Shown: piece after piece, positions 38,971 through 52,704 of the stretch
Layout: every line of letters begins with the position of its first letter
Numbering within the stretch: position 1 is the stretch's first letter
NCBI RefSeq assembly: GCF_051903065.1
Contig: NZ_CP178438.1
Direction: 5' to 3' (one strand)
Length of the DNA: 64,000 nt
From: Escherichia coli
GTDB taxonomy: Bacteria; Pseudomonadota; Gammaproteobacteria; Enterobacterales; Enterobacteriaceae
The notes under the pieces: generated by a model
Databases searched by the model: none
What the model was told of the DNA's origin: nothing
Seen by the model: only the letters and a program-made list of their open reading frames with translations
Program-made: the position numbers and the translations under genes

Positions 38971-40167
38971 ATGGCTCAAGTTATTAATGAAATGGATGTT
39001 CCGTCCCATTCGTTTGTTTTTCATGGTACAGGTGAGAGATATTTTCTTATTTGTGTGGTGAATGTGTTGTTAACGATTATAACGCTAGGTATCTATTTAC
39101 CATGGGCATTAATGAAATGTAAGCGTTATCTCTATGCTAATATGGAAGTTAACGGACAACGATTTTCTTATGGGATTACCGGTGGGAATGTTTTTGTTAG
39201 TTGTCTTGTTTTTGTTTTTTTCTATTTCGCAATCTTAATGACAGTGTCAGCAGATATGCCGCTTATTGGCTGTGTTTTGACTTTGTCACTGTTGGTTTTG
39301 CTTATATTTATGGCAGCAAAAGGACTGCGTTATCAGGCCTTGATGACTAGTCTCAACGGCGTAAGATTTAGTTTTAATTGCTCTATGAAAGGGTTCTGGT
39401 GGGTAACCTTTTTCTTGCCGATTTTAATGGCCATTGGGATGGGGACTGTTTTCTTTATCTCGACAAAGATGCTACATGCCAATAGTTCAAGTAGTGTTAT
39501 TATATCTGTGGTTCTGATGGCAATAGTTGGTATTGTTTCCATTGGTATTTTTAATGGTACTTTATATAGCCTGGTAATGAGTTTTCTCTGGAGCAATACC
39601 AGTTTCGGTATACATCGTTTCAAGGTGAAATTAGATACTGCGTATTGTATAAAATATGCCATCCTCGCATTTTTAGCTTTATTACCTTTTCTCGCTGTTG
39701 CTGGTTATATTATCTTCGATCAAATATTAAATGCGTATGATAGTTCTGTGTATTCAAATGATGATATTGAGAATTTACAGCAATTTATGGCAATGCAACG
39801 TAAAATGATAATCGCGCAGTTAATCTATTATTTTGGGATTGCTGTTAGCACCAGTTATTTAACGGTGTCGTTGCGAAATCATTTTATGAGCAACTTGTCA
39901 CTGAATGATGGGCGTATTCGTTTTCGCTCAACTTTAACATACCACGGTATGCTTTATCGCATGTGTGCGTTGGTGGTGATATCCGGGATTACGGGCGGTC
40001 TGGCTTATCCACTGCTGAAAATATGGATGGTTGACTGGCAGGCAAAAAATACGTATTTGCTGGGCGATTTGGATGACCTTCCTTTAATCAATAAAGAAGA
40101 ACAACCAGATAAAGGCTTCTTAGCCAGTATTTCACGGGGAATTATGCCTTCTTTACCATTTCTGTAA
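38971..40167 (+). CDS. yjgN: DUF898 inner membrane protein YjgN
   Basis: AT-rich multi-TM ORF; 398 aa from ATG 38971. Confidence 0.85.
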   Translation: MAQVINEMDVPSHSFVFHGTGERYFLICVVNVLLTIITLGIYLPWALMKCKRYLYANMEVNGQRFSYGITGGNVFVSCLVFVFFYFAILMTVSADMPLIGCVLTLSLLVLLIFMAAKGLRYQALMTSLNGVRFSFNCSMKGFWWVTFFLPILMAIGMGTVFFISTKMLHANSSSSVIISVVLMAIVGIVSIGIFNGTLYSLVMSFLWSNTSFGIHRFKVKLDTAYCIKYAILAFLALLPFLAVAGYIIFDQILNAYDSSVYSNDDIENLQQFMAMQRKMIIAQLIYYFGIAVSTSYLTVSLRNHFMSNLSLNDGRIRFRSTLTYHGMLYRMCALVVISGITGGLAYPLLKIWMVDWQAKNTYLLGDLDDLPLINKEEQPDKGFLASISRGIMPSLPFL

Positions 40168-40172
40168 GAGAT

Positions 40173-40205
40173 AAAAAAGGCCGGAGCATGCTCCGGCCTT
40201 CGTTT
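40173..40205. terminator. bidirectional rho-independent terminator between yjgN and valS
   Basis: Perfect palindrome ggccggagcatgctccggcc flanked by A-run upstream and T-run downstream. Confidence 0.7.
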
Positions 40206-40222
40206 TCATCACTGTGTTTTGA

Positions 40223-43078
40223 TTACAGCGCGGCGATAACAGCCTGCTGTTCAATCAGCTTCGCTTTCGCTTCCGCATAGCCTTCAAGCTTCTCACGCTC
40301 TTTCGCGATGACCGCTTCCGGTGCGCGGGCGACAAAGCCTTCATTCGCCAGCTTGTTCTCGATACGGCTGATTTCGCCTTCGATCTTCGCCACTTCTTTC
40401 GCCAGACGCGCCAGCTCATCTTCTTTGTTGATGAGGCCAGCCATCGGGATCAGCAGTTCTGCGCCGTCGATGATCTTCGTAACGGAAACCGGACCTTTGT
40501 CATCGGCAGGCAGCACGGTGATGCTTTCCAGACGCGCCAGGGTTTGCAGGAAGCCACGGTTTTCATTTACGCGACGTTCTGCATCCGCGCTGCAACCACG
40601 CAGCAGCAGCTCCAGCGGTTTGCCCGGCGCGATATTCATTTCTGCACGGATGTTACGTACCGCAACGATCGCCTGTTTCAGCCACTCGGTGTCGGCCAGC
40701 GCCGCTTCATCAACCTGAGATGCATCATACTGCGGGAACGGCTGCAGCATGATGGTGTCGGCAGTGATACCGCAAAGTACTTTCACACGCTGCCAGATGG
40801 TTTCGGTGATGAACGGAATGATCGGATGCGCGAGGCGCAGCAGACCTTCCAGTACAGTCACCAGCGTATGGCGAGTACCACGCAGTTCGGCTTCGGTGCC
40901 ACCGTTCATTACCGGCTTAGTCAGCTCCAGATACCAGTCACAGAACTGGTTCCAGGTGAACTCATACAGAATGCCTGCAGCGATATCGAAGCGGAAGCTG
41001 TCCAGCGCTTCGCGGTACGCTTTGATGGTCTGGTTGAACTCTGCCAGAATCCAGCGGTCCGCCAGCGACAGCGTCATTTCACCACCGTTGAAGCCGCAAT
41101 CCTGACCTTCCGTGTTCATCAGCACAAAGCGGCTGGCGTTCCACAGCTTGTTACAGAAGTTACGGTAGCCTTCCAGACGCTTCATATCCCAGTTGATGTC
41201 ACGACCGGTAGACGCCAGTGCCGCCAGGGTGAAGCGCAGGGCATCGGTGCCGTGCGGCTCAATACCGTTCGGGAACTGCTTCTCGGTGCGCTTACGGATT
41301 TTGTCCGCCAGCTGCGGCTGCATCATATTGCCGGTACGTTTCTCCAGCAGTTCCGGCAGCGAAATACCGTCAACCATATCCAGCGGGTCAATAACGTTAC
41401 CCTTGGATTTGGACATCTTCTGACCTTCGTCATCACGAATCAGACCAGTCATGTAAACGGTGTGGAACGGCACCTGCGGTTTGCCATTTTCATCTTTGAT
41501 GAAGTGCATGGTCATCATGATCATGCGGGCAATCCAGAAGAAGATGATGTCGAAGCCGGATACCATCACGCTGGTTGGGTGGAACTGACGCAGGGCGTCG
41601 GTGTTTTCCGGCCAGCCAAGGGTAGAGAAGGTCCACAGCGCAGAAGAGAACCAGGTGTCGAGAACGTCTTCGTCCTGACGTAGAGCAACGTCGGCACCGA
41701 GGTTATTTTCTTTACGCACTTCATCTTCGTTGCGGCCAACATAAACGTTACCCGCTTCGTCGTACCATGCCGGGATACGGTGACCCCACCACAGCTGACG
41801 AGAGATACACCAGTCCTGAATATCGCGCATCCAGGAGAAGTACATGTTTTCGTACTGCTTCGGTACGAACTGAATGTCGCCGTTCTCAACCGCTTCAACC
41901 GCCGGTTTCGCCAGTACATCGGCACGCACGTACCACTGGTCGGTCAGCATTGGTTCGATAACTACGCCGCCACGGTCGCCGTAAGGAACGGTCAGGTCGT
42001 GCGGTTTAATTTCTTCCAGCAGGCCGAGTGCGTCAACCGCAGCAACGACCGCTTTACGTGCAGCAAAACGCTCGAGTTTCTGGAACTCTGCCGGGATTTC
42101 GCTGGAATAAACGTCAGATTCGTTACCTTTGGTATCGAACACCTGGGCGCTTTCACGGATATCGCCGTCAAAGGTCAGGATGTTGATCATCGGCAGCGCG
42201 TGACGTTTACCCACTTCATAGTCGTTAAAGTCGTGCGCCGGAGTGATTTTCACGCAGCCGGTGCCTTTTTCCATGTCGGCGTGTTCGTCGCCAACGATCG
42301 GAATACGACGGTTAACCAGCGGCAGAATGACATATTTGCCAATCAGATCTTTGTAACGCGGATCTTCCGGGTTAACGGCTACGCCAGTATCGCCCAGCAG
42401 GGTTTCCGGACGGGTAGTCGCGACCACCAGATAATCTTTACCGTCTGCGGTTTTCGCACCGTCAGCCAGCGGATAGCGGATGTGCCACATCGAACCTTTC
42501 GATTCGCGGTTTTCGACTTCCAGGTCAGAGATAGCGGTGCGCAGTTTCGGGTCCCAGTTTACCAGGCGTTTGCCACGGTAAATCAGGTCTTCTTTATATA
42601 GACGAACGAAAACTTCTTTCACCGCATTGGACAGGCCTTCGTCCATCGTGAAGCGTTCACGCTCCCAGTCGACGGAGTTGCCGAGACGGCGCATCTGACG
42701 GGTAATCGTGCCGCCGGATTCCGCTTTCCATTCCCAGATTTTGTCGATGAAAGCTTCGCGGCCGTAGTCGTGACGGGTTTTACCTTCTTCTGCGGCAATC
42801 TTGCGCTCAACGACCATCTGGGTAGCGATCCCGGCGTGGTCAGTACCGACCTGCCACAGGGTGTTTTTGCCCTGCATGCGCTGATAGCGGATCATGGTAT
42901 CCATGATGGTTTGCTGGAAGGCGTGACCCATATGCAAACTGCCGGTGACGTTCGGCGGCGGGATCATGATGCAGAAACTCTCCTGGCTTTCATCGCCATT
43001 AGGCTTAAAGTAGCCCTGCTTTTCCCAGTGCTCGTAAAGCGGCTGTTCGATATCTTGTGGGTTATATGTCTTTTCCAT
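40223..43078 (-). CDS. valS: valine--tRNA ligase
   Basis: 951-aa ORF with HMGH and KMSKS class I motifs. Confidence 0.97.
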   Translation of the reverse strand: MEKTYNPQDIEQPLYEHWEKQGYFKPNGDESQESFCIMIPPPNVTGSLHMGHAFQQTIMDTMIRYQRMQGKNTLWQVGTDHAGIATQMVVERKIAAEEGKTRHDYGREAFIDKIWEWKAESGGTITRQMRRLGNSVDWERERFTMDEGLSNAVKEVFVRLYKEDLIYRGKRLVNWDPKLRTAISDLEVENRESKGSMWHIRYPLADGAKTADGKDYLVVATTRPETLLGDTGVAVNPEDPRYKDLIGKYVILPLVNRRIPIVGDEHADMEKGTGCVKITPAHDFNDYEVGKRHALPMINILTFDGDIRESAQVFDTKGNESDVYSSEIPAEFQKLERFAARKAVVAAVDALGLLEEIKPHDLTVPYGDRGGVVIEPMLTDQWYVRADVLAKPAVEAVENGDIQFVPKQYENMYFSWMRDIQDWCISRQLWWGHRIPAWYDEAGNVYVGRNEDEVRKENNLGADVALRQDEDVLDTWFSSALWTFSTLGWPENTDALRQFHPTSVMVSGFDIIFFWIARMIMMTMHFIKDENGKPQVPFHTVYMTGLIRDDEGQKMSKSKGNVIDPLDMVDGISLPELLEKRTGNMMQPQLADKIRKRTEKQFPNGIEPHGTDALRFTLAALASTGRDINWDMKRLEGYRNFCNKLWNASRFVLMNTEGQDCGFNGGEMTLSLADRWILAEFNQTIKAYREALDSFRFDIAAGILYEFTWNQFCDWYLELTKPVMNGGTEAELRGTRHTLVTVLEGLLRLAHPIIPFITETIWQRVKVLCGITADTIMLQPFPQYDASQVDEAALADTEWLKQAIVAVRNIRAEMNIAPGKPLELLLRGCSADAERRVNENRGFLQTLARLESITVLPADDKGPVSVTKIIDGAELLIPMAGLINKEDELARLAKEVAKIEGEISRIENKLANEGFVARAPEAVIAKEREKLEGYAEAKAKLIEQQAVIAAL

Positions 43079-43521
43079 TATTTCCAGGTTGCCGTATTCA
43101 GGTTGAAACCAGCCACGCGGTAGGCTTTATAGCGTTCGCGCGCCAGTTGTTTCAGAGAATCTTCATAAGGAACGAAGTCTACCACTTCTGTGAAAGCGGT
43201 GGCAAAATCTGCAAAGCTTGTTCGCAGACTAATCAATATATCGCGCGGGCTGCTGCTGCGTTTTTGCGGCCAGGCGATCTCCACCGGCGCACCGCCGCGC
43301 GGTCCTTCTCCCGCTAAATTATGCGGAACAAAGCTTTCTGCCGGACGCGCCCACAGGGCTTCATCCAGCCGGTAAGCCTGCTTTTCATCTTCACAGGCGA
43401 TGAGCACGCGCTTACCGCTGCGCCAACGTTCTGCGGCAATTTCACACACCAGTTGCTCAACGGCGCTTAAGCCATCGACGGTGGTGTCATTGTCCAGAAG
43501 GTAGAACGTCGCGTTTTTCAT
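43078..43521 (-). CDS. holC: DNA polymerase III chi subunit
   Basis: 147-aa [28 protein letters not shown]... Confidence 0.95.
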   Translation of the reverse strand: MKNATFYLLDNDTTVDGLSAVEQLVCEIAAERWRSGKRVLIACEDEKQAYRLDEALWARPAESFVPHNLAGEGPRGGAPVEIAWPQKRSSSPRDILISLRTSFADFATAFTEVVDFVPYEDSLKQLARERYKAYRVAGFNLNTATWK

Positions 43522-43544
43522 AAATGGGGCTTCTTGTGGTGGAT

Positions 43545-43870
<326 letters not shown>

Positions 43871-43876
43871 ACGCAA

Positions 43877-45391
<1,515 letters not shown>

Positions 45392-45654
45392 CTACGCTCC
45401 TGAATCTTAAAGACAACGGCGGTGGCTACAGATAGAATTGCAAGCTTTCGTAACTCATGTCCGCTGTTGCGATGACTTCGTGTTAATCTTAACGTTATTA
45501 CGGCATTGGCACGTCAGAACAAAATCTGAGAGGTGAATCCGTTGAGTATAATTATCTTAGCGACGATTTCGACGACTCAAGAGAATAAATGACGTTTAAG
45601 CCATGAAACAAGCTAAAATCCTGCAAAAGACGAGTTTTTACGGGCGTATTTAAA

Positions 45655-46755
45655 GTGATAATCATAAGATATCTGGTGCGGGAGACGCTCAAAAGCCAGC
45701 TGGCGATACTCTTCATCTTGCTTTTGATCTTCTTCTGTCAAAAGTTAGTGAGGATCCTCGGCGCAGCGGTTGACGGCGATATTCCGGCGAATCTGGTGCT
45801 CTCCCTTCTCGGGTTGGGCGTGCCGGAAATGGCGCAGCTTATCCTGCCATTAAGCCTGTTCCTCGGGCTGCTGATGACGCTGGGCAAACTGTATACCGAA
45901 AGTGAAATTACGGTAATGCATGCCTGCGGCCTGAGCAAAGCGGTTCTGGTGAAAGCGGCAATGATCCTTGCGGTATTCACGGCAATCGTCGCGGCGGTTA
46001 ACGTGATGTGGGCGGGACCGTGGTCATCGCGTCATCAGGATGAAGTGTTAGCAGAAGCGAAAGCGAACCCTGGCATGGCGGCGCTGGCGCAAGGGCAATT
46101 CCAGCAAGCGACTAATGGCAGCTCGGTGCTGTTCATCGAAAGCGTTGACGGCAGCGATTTCAAAGATGTGTTCCTCGCACAAATTCGACCAAAAGGTAAT
46201 GCACGTCCTTCTGTGGTGGTGGCCGATTCCGGACATTTAACCCAGCTGCGCGACGGCTCCCAGGTCGTCACTCTCAACCAGGGAACGCGCTTCGAAGGCA
46301 CTGCACTGTTACGTGATTTCCGCATTACGGATTTCCAGGATTATCAGGCGATCATTGGTCACCAGGCGGTGGCGCTCGACCCGAACGATACCGACCAGAT
46401 GGACATGCGCACATTGTGGAACACTGACACCGATCGTGCTCGCGCAGAACTGAACTGGCGTATCACGTTGGTATTCACCGTGTTTATGATGGCACTTATG
46501 GTCGTACCGCTGAGCGTGGTTAACCCACGTCAGGGACGCGTACTGTCGATGCTGCCAGCCATGCTGCTGTATCTACTTTTCTTCCTGATCCAGACCTCCC
46601 TGAAATCGAACGGCGGTAAAGGTAAGCTGGACCCGACGCTGTGGATGTGGACCGTTAACCTGATTTATCTGGCTTTGGCGATTGTTCTCAACCTTTGGGA
46701 CACCGTGCCGGTCCGCCGCCTGCGCGCCAGTTTTTCGCGTAAAGGAGCGGTGTGA
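45655..46755 (+). CDS. lptF: LPS export ABC transporter permease LptF
   Basis: 366-aa ORF, GTG start, YjgP/YjgQ family. Confidence 0.95.
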   Translation: MIIIRYLVRETLKSQLAILFILLLIFFCQKLVRILGAAVDGDIPANLVLSLLGLGVPEMAQLILPLSLFLGLLMTLGKLYTESEITVMHACGLSKAVLVKAAMILAVFTAIVAAVNVMWAGPWSSRHQDEVLAEAKANPGMAALAQGQFQQATNGSSVLFIESVDGSDFKDVFLAQIRPKGNARPSVVVADSGHLTQLRDGSQVVTLNQGTRFEGTALLRDFRITDFQDYQAIIGHQAVALDPNDTDQMDMRTLWNTDTDRARAELNWRITLVFTVFMMALMVVPLSVVNPRQGRVLSMLPAMLLYLLFFLIQTSLKSNGGKGKLDPTLWMWTVNLIYLALAIVLNLWDTVPVRRLRASFSRKGAV

Positions 46756-47837
46756 TGCAACCTTTTGGCGTACTTGACCGCTATATCGGTAAAACTATTT
46801 TCACCACCATCATGATGACGCTGTTCATGCTGGTGTCGCTGTCAGGCATTATCAAATTTGTCGATCAGTTGAAAAAAGCCGGGCAGGGGAGTTACGACGC
46901 GTTAGGCGCAGGAATGTATACCTTGCTGAGCGTGCCGAAAGATGTGCAAATATTCTTCCCGATGGCGGCTCTGCTTGGGGCGTTGCTTGGTCTTGGGATG
47001 CTGGCGCAGCGCAGCGAACTGGTGGTGATGCAGGCTTCTGGTTTCACCCGTATGCAGGTTGCGCTGTCGGTGATGAAAACCGCCATTCCGCTGGTCTTAC
47101 TGACGATGGCGATTGGTGAATGGGTCGCGCCGCAGGGCGAGCAGATGGCGCGTAACTACCGTGCGCAGGCGATGTACGGCGGCTCGTTGCTCTCTACCCA
47201 GCAAGGTTTATGGGCGAAAGATGGCAACAACTTCGTCTACATTGAGCGGGTTAAAGGTGACGAAGAGTTAGGTGGCATCAGTATTTATGCCTTTAACGAG
47301 AATCGTCGTCTGCAATCCGTACGCTATGCCGCTACTGCGAAGTTTGACCCGGAACATAAAGTCTGGCGTCTGTCGCAGGTTGATGAATCTGATCTGACCA
47401 ATCCGAAACAGATTACCGGTTCGCAGACGGTGAGCGGCACCTGGAAAACCAACCTCACGCCTGACAAACTGGGCGTGGTGGCGCTGGACCCGGATGCACT
47501 CTCTATCAGCGGTTTGCACAACTATGTGAAGTATCTGAAGTCGAGCGGTCAGGATGCCGGACGTTATCAGCTCAACATGTGGAGCAAAATCTTCCAGCCG
47601 CTATCTGTGGCGGTGATGATGCTGATGGCGCTGTCGTTCATCTTTGGCCCACTGCGTAGCGTACCGATGGGCGTGCGTGTGGTCACCGGTATTAGCTTCG
47701 GTTTTGTCTTCTACGTACTGGACCAGATCTTCGGTCCGCTGACGTTGGTTTATGGTATCCCGCCGATCATCGGCGCACTGTTGCCAAGCGCCAGCTTCTT
47801 CTTAATCAGCCTGTGGCTGTTAATGAGAAAATCGTAA
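46755..47837 (+). CDS. lptG: LPS export ABC transporter permease LptG
   Basis: 360 aa from ATG 46755 with RBS aaggag upstream; overlaps lptF stop. Confidence 0.95.
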   Translation: MQPFGVLDRYIGKTIFTTIMMTLFMLVSLSGIIKFVDQLKKAGQGSYDALGAGMYTLLSVPKDVQIFFPMAALLGALLGLGMLAQRSELVVMQASGFTRMQVALSVMKTAIPLVLLTMAIGEWVAPQGEQMARNYRAQAMYGGSLLSTQQGLWAKDGNNFVYIERVKGDEELGGISIYAFNENRRLQSVRYAATAKFDPEHKVWRLSQVDESDLTNPKQITGSQTVSGTWKTNLTPDKLGVVALDPDALSISGLHNYVKYLKSSGQDAGRYQLNMWSKIFQPLSVAVMMLMALSFIFGPLRSVPMGVRVVTGISFGFVFYVLDQIFGPLTLVYGIPPIIGALLPSASFFLISLWLLMRKS

Positions 47838-47851
47838 CCGAATGAACGAAT

Positions 47852-47880
47852 AAAGGGAGCGAAAGCTCCCTTTATTATTG
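47852..47880 (+). terminator. rho-independent terminator after lptFG
   Basis: Hairpin aaagggagc-gaaa-gctcccttt followed by a T-rich tract. Confidence 0.65.
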
Positions 47881-47997
47881 TTAGCAAAGTGTGCTTCGTT
47901 CATTCCTGAAAAATTATGAAAATCCAATATATTGCAGTGGTGTAGGCATGATAAGACGCGCCAGCGTCGCATCAGGCAAAGACAAATCGCACCTGGC

Positions 47998-49500
47998 TTA
48001 CCTTTTTCTCCCCCCCAGCAAACTCCCCAACATTCCACGCACAATCTGATTCGTCACCTGGCGGGCGGCGCTTTTGGCCATTGTTCGCACCACACCATCT
48101 TTCTTCCCGCCGCGTGGTCCGGTAGTGCCAAACAAAATATCCTTCAATCCACCAAGAATGCCGTCATCCACCGCCACCTCTTTCCCTTTCACGGCAGGAT
48201 TATTTTGCTGCTCGGTGCTTGCCTGTACGCCTTTTTGCAACATCTCATAGGCGGATTCCCGGTCCACGTCATCCTCGTACTTGCCATACACCGGAGAGTG
48301 ATTAATCAAGCCATTACGCTCATCTTCCGTCACCGGTCCCATCCGCGAACAAGGCGCAATCACCATCGCCCGTTCCACCACAGAAGGACTTCCTTTTGCA
48401 TCGAGAAACGAGATTAACGCCTCGCCGGTCCCCAGTTCCTGGATTGCCTTTTCGGTATCAAATGCAGGGTTGGGGCGCATGGTTTGCGCCGCAGCTTTTA
48501 CCGCTTTCTGATCTTTGGGCGTAAAAGCCCGCAAAGCGTGCTGAACGCGATTACCGAGCTGGCCGAGCACATTATCCGGAATATCAGACGGGTTTTGCGA
48601 AACGAACCAGACGCCCACGCCTTTTGAGCGAATAAGCCTTATCACCTGCTCAATCTTATCCAGCAGTACCTGCGGGGCATCGTTAAACAGCAGATGTGCT
48701 TCGTCGAAGAAAAACACCAGTTTTGGTTTCTCCAGATCGCCCGCTTCCGGCAATTGTTCATATAACTCTGAAAGCATCCACAGCAGGCTGGCGGCGTACA
48801 GTTTTGGCATCTGATAAAGCTTCTCGGCGCTGAGGATATTGATAACGCCTTTACCGTTGGCATCGGTGCGCATCCAGTCTTTGATATCCAGCATCGGCTC
48901 ACCAAAGAAGTGTGCTGCGCCTTGCTGTTCCAGCGACAACAGCCCGCGCTGGATGGCACCAACCGATGCGCTACTGATATTTCCGTACTGATTCTGGAAA
49001 GATTTGGCGTTATCGCCGATGTACTGGGTAATCGCCCGCAAATCTTTAAAGTCGAGCAGTAACAGCCCCTGATCGTCAGCAATGCGGAAGATGATATTCA
49101 GCACGCCAGATTGCACATCGTTGAGATTCAACAGCCGCGCCAGCAACAGCGGCCCCAGGTCTGAAACCGTCGCCCGCACCGGATGGCCTTTCTCGCCAAA
49201 GATATCCCACACCACCACCGGATTGGCATGCGGTTGCCAGTCATTGACGCCGATATTTTTAAGCCTTGCGAGCAGTTTTTCCGATGCCGTTCCTGCCTGC
49301 GCGATGCCGGTCAGATCGCCTTTCACATCGGCCATAAACACCGGAACACCGATTTCCGATAGAGACTCCGCCAGTTTTTGCAGCGTGACAGTTTTACCCG
49401 TCCCCGTTGCGCCAGTAATCAGCCCGTGACGGTTAGCCATTCCCGGCAGTAAAAATAGTTCTGTGTCCGGCGTGCGGGCAATTAACAGGGGTTCGCTCAT
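47998..49500 (-). CDS. yjgR: DUF853-family P-loop NTPase YjgR
   Basis: [10 protein letters not shown]...GATGTGKT Walker A; 500 aa from ATG 49500. Confidence 0.9.
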   Translation of the reverse strand: MSEPLLIARTPDTELFLLPGMANRHGLITGATGTGKTVTLQKLAESLSEIGVPVFMADVKGDLTGIAQAGTASEKLLARLKNIGVNDWQPHANPVVVWDIFGEKGHPVRATVSDLGPLLLARLLNLNDVQSGVLNIIFRIADDQGLLLLDFKDLRAITQYIGDNAKSFQNQYGNISSASVGAIQRGLLSLEQQGAAHFFGEPMLDIKDWMRTDANGKGVINILSAEKLYQMPKLYAASLLWMLSELYEQLPEAGDLEKPKLVFFFDEAHLLFNDAPQVLLDKIEQVIRLIRSKGVGVWFVSQNPSDIPDNVLGQLGNRVQHALRAFTPKDQKAVKAAAQTMRPNPAFDTEKAIQELGTGEALISFLDAKGSPSVVERAMVIAPCSRMGPVTEDERNGLINHSPVYGKYEDDVDRESAYEMLQKGVQASTEQQNNPAVKGKEVAVDDGILGGLKDILFGTTGPRGGKKDGVVRTMAKSAARQVTNQIVRGMLGSLLGGRKR

Positions 49501-49629
49501 GAGATTTCCTCCAGTTTCCTGCCTGGAGTATAGGCAACGGCTGCGCACTCTTCACCGCTAAATTCAGCAGATTGCGAGACGCCTTCCAAAGAGATTTAAG
49601 TGCCGGGCGACAGGCACCCGGCAAAGGGA

Positions 49630-50649
49630 TCAGAAGTCGGCTTTCAGGACCACTCGGTAGCGCGCTTTACCATCGCGCACATGCTTGATGGCGTCGTTAA
49701 TTTTCGACATCGGGAACAGTTCGGTAGTCGGCGCAACCTTGCTGCGGGCGGCAAAGCGCATCAGCTTACGCAACTCATAAGGCGTGCCGGTAGCAGAACC
49801 AGAGACGCTGCGGTCGCCCGCAATTAACGTAAAGGCCGGAACAGACAGCGGCGTGAGGACCGCACCGACCGTATGGAAATTACCGCCATAGGTCAGCGCC
49901 TCAAAATAGGGCTGCCAGTCGAGGCTGACGTTGACGGTGTTGATAATGAGATCAAACTGCCCCGCCAGTGCTTTCAGTGCCTGTGGATCGCGGCTATTCA
50001 CCACTTTATCGGCACCCATCGCCAGCACTTCCTGCTCTTTCGCCGGATTAGAACTAAAGGCCGTCACCTCGCATCCCATTGCGTGCAGAAGTTTTATAGC
50101 GATATGCCCCAGCCCGCCAATACCAATTACCCCAACGCGGCTGGTAGCAGTGATATGGTGCATCAACAGTGGTTTAAAGACCGTGATACCGCCGCACAAC
50201 AGCGGCCCGGCGGACTCGATATCAATATTTTCTGGCAGTGGAATCACCCATTGCCAGTCCGCACGCAACTTCTCGGCAAAGCCACCGCGATTCATAATCG
50301 TCGGCACCGCACCTTGCTCGCAGTTGATCTGATTACCGCTAATACAGGCGTCGCAGTGACCACAGCTACGCGCCGTCCAGCCAATCCCGACACGCTGACC
50401 GACCTGCAAACCTTTATCCTGCGCGGCGCTCCCGAGTGCCACCACGCGACCAATCACCTCATGCCCGGCAACCAGCGGATATTGTGAAAATCCCCATTCG
50501 TTATCGATCATCGACAGATCGGAATGGCAGATCCCGCAGTAATCCACCTGCACTTCAACATCTTGTGGCTTCAGTTCACCGGGATCGTACTCATAAACTT
50601 CCAGTTCGCCGCCTGCTTCTTTTGCGGCATAGCTTTTTATCATCGACAT
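49630..50649 (-). CDS. ahr: NADPH-dependent aldehyde reductase Ahr (Zn-dependent alcohol dehydrogenase family)
   Basis: [10 protein letters not shown]...GHEVIG...GIGGLGH motifs; 339 aa from ATG 50649. Confidence 0.9.
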   Translation of the reverse strand: MSMIKSYAAKEAGGELEVYEYDPGELKPQDVEVQVDYCGICHSDLSMIDNEWGFSQYPLVAGHEVIGRVVALGSAAQDKGLQVGQRVGIGWTARSCGHCDACISGNQINCEQGAVPTIMNRGGFAEKLRADWQWVIPLPENIDIESAGPLLCGGITVFKPLLMHHITATSRVGVIGIGGLGHIAIKLLHAMGCEVTAFSSNPAKEQEVLAMGADKVVNSRDPQALKALAGQFDLIINTVNVSLDWQPYFEALTYGGNFHTVGAVLTPLSVPAFTLIAGDRSVSGSATGTPYELRKLMRFAARSKVAPTTELFPMSKINDAIKHVRDGKARYRVVLKADF

Positions 50650-50844
50650 TTTTTGGTCCTTCTCTGGTGTTGTCTGGGAAGTGTAGAGCATGGCAGGGCG
50701 GGGTGCCTGGAGTGTGACAAAGGTTACACATCGCTGTATGCAATGCTGAAAATTTCAGCACTTAGCAAAGTGGGTGCAAGCTGGCGCTTGCATGGTGGCG
50801 TGCGACAGGTATAATCCACAACGTTTTCCGCATACCTCTTCAGT

Positions 50845-50929
50845 GCCGAAGTGGCGAAATCGGTAGACGCAGTTGATTCAAAATCAACCGTAGAAATACG
50901 TGCCGGTTCGAGTCCGGCCTTCGGCACCA
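50845..50929 (+). tRNA. leuX: tRNA-Leu (anticodon CAA)
   Basis: 85-nt sequence gccgaagtggcgaaatcggtagacgcagttgattCAAaatcaacc...ggttcgagtccggccttcggcacca with D-arm, long variable arm, T-arm and CCA end. Confidence 0.95.
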
Positions 50930-50942
50930 AAAGTATGTAAAT

Positions 50943-50967
50943 AGACCTCAACTGAGGTCTTTTTTTA
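50943..50967 (+). terminator. rho-independent terminator of leuX
   Basis: Hairpin agacctc-aact-gaggtct followed by T7. Confidence 0.75.
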
Positions 50968-51042
50968 TGCCTGAAATCCAGTGTTTATCTACCTTTCCCG
51001 CTATATTAACTCTCTCAAGGTCAACCGATATCAACGTACATC

Positions 51043-51060
51043 TACCAACATATGTTGGTA
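51043..51060. promoter_or_regulatory. perfect 18-bp palindrome upstream of integrase gene
   Basis: taccaacatatgttggta, with a further half-site ttgtaccaacag about 40 bp downstream; possible integrase or repressor binding site. Confidence 0.3.
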
Positions 51061-51115
51061 CAGATGATGGTATTTCCGGTTCGATAATGCTTGTACCAAC
51101 AGGGAGGGAATACGC

Positions 51116-52381
51116 ATGGCATTAACAGATATCAAAGTCAGAGCAGCCAAGCCAACGGATAAGCAATATAAGCTGACTGATGGTGGCGGTATGCATCTGC
51201 TTGTCCATCCAAATGGTTCTAAGTACTGGCGTTTGCAGTACCGTTATGAGGGAAAGCAAAAAATGCTGGCACTTGGGGTTTATCCTGAAATCACACTAGC
51301 GGATGCCAGAGTACGTCGTGACGAGGCGCGTAAGCTGCTTGCGAATGGCGTCGATCCGGGAGACAAAAAGAAAAATGATAAGGTTGAACAGAGTAAAGCA
51401 CGAACCTTTAAAGAAGTCGCGATTGAGTGGCATGGCACCAATAAAAAGTGGTCTGAAGATCACGCCCATCGTGTGCTAAAAAGTCTGGAAGATAATCTTT
51501 TTGCAGCGCTTGGTGAACGTAATATCGCTGAGTTAAAAACTCGAGATTTATTAGCACCCATTAAGGCCGTAGAAATGTCTGGACGTCTTGAAGTGGCCGC
51601 TCGTCTTCAGCAGCGCACTACAGCCATCATGCGCTATGCAGTGCAAAGTGGGTTAATTGATTATAACCCGGCACAAGAGATGGCTGGGGCGGTTGCTTCC
51701 TGTAATCGACAACATCGTCCCGCGCTTGAATTAAAGCGCATCCCTGAGTTGCTTACAAAAATAGATAGCTATACTGGTAGGCCGCTAACCCGATGGGCGA
51801 CAGAACTCTCTTTGCTGATCTTTATTCGGTCCAGTGAGCTGCGTTTTGCTCGTTGGTCAGAGATCGATTTCGAAGCGTCTATATGGACTATCCCACCGGA
51901 GCGGGAGCCTATTCCTGGAGTGAAACATTCCCATAGAGGCTCAAAAATGCGTACAACGCATCTAGTGCCTCTTTCAACGCAAGCTCTTGCAATTTTAAAG
52001 CAGATAAAACAGTTTTGTGGGGCCCATGACTTGATATTTATTGGTGATCACGATTCGCACAAACCCATGAGTGAGAATACGGTAAATAGTGCGTTACGGG
52101 TCATGGGGTATGATACAAAAGTAGAGGTTTGTGGTCATGGCTTTCGAACAATGGCCTGTAGTTCATTGGTCGAATCAGGTTTGTGGTCTCGTGATGCTGT
52201 TGAACGTCAGATGAGCCACATGGAGCGAAATTCAGTGAGGGCCGCGTATATCCATAAAGCAGAGCATCTGGAAGAACGCCGCTTGATGCTACAATGGTGG
52301 GCCGATTTTCTGGATGCAAACAGAGAAAAATTTATCAGTCCATTTGAATATGCAAAGATTAATAATCCATTAAAACAGTAA
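51116..52381 (+). CDS. P4-type tyrosine integrase (IntB-like) marking a leuX-integrated island
   Basis: 421-aa ORF immediately 3' of a tRNA gene, N-terminal MALTDIKVRAAKP...KYWRL typical of P4 integrases, C-terminal catalytic region with conserved HxxR and Tyr; RBS agggaggg. Confidence 0.9.
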   Translation: MALTDIKVRAAKPTDKQYKLTDGGGMHLLVHPNGSKYWRLQYRYEGKQKMLALGVYPEITLADARVRRDEARKLLANGVDPGDKKKNDKVEQSKARTFKEVAIEWHGTNKKWSEDHAHRVLKSLEDNLFAALGERNIAELKTRDLLAPIKAVEMSGRLEVAARLQQRTTAIMRYAVQSGLIDYNPAQEMAGAVASCNRQHRPALELKRIPELLTKIDSYTGRPLTRWATELSLLIFIRSSELRFARWSEIDFEASIWTIPPEREPIPGVKHSHRGSKMRTTHLVPLSTQALAILKQIKQFCGAHDLIFIGDHDSHKPMSENTVNSALRVMGYDTKVEVCGHGFRTMACSSLVESGLWSRDAVERQMSHMERNSVRAAYIHKAEHLEERRLMLQWWADFLDANREKFISPFEYAKINNPLKQ

Positions 52382-52704
52382 TCATCCCGGGCAAATGCCC
52401 GGGAACTTACTCCATGAATATTTTCTTTGTTAAAAAGGCAAAACGATATTAACTGATGTATTAAATGTTTACCGGATTGCTCCCTGCAGGTGGATTATCA
52501 GAATCCGCAGTTATTCGTTATTTATATATATTCAATAAAAAGAAACATCATAAAAAATCCCGCACCCACAGGGTGATGCGGGATAACTGACGTAAGGAAT
52601 GTTACCGGGATTTGGTGGTCCCTTGTGCTGATATGAATACAGGTTCTATTCTATACAGAATCCTTTTCAGTACAAGAGACTGTATTACAGTTTGCCATAT
52701 ATGA

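Noticed and set aside
40544-42601. 379-aa and 273-aa plus-strand ORFs inside valS
   Set aside because: Antisense to valS; no RBS context; Arg/Val-rich composition typical of reverse frames of GC-rich genes.
52386-52403. Inverted repeat cccgggcaaatgcccggg right after the integrase stop
   Set aside because: Could be a terminator but is not followed by a T-run; too weak to call as a feature.
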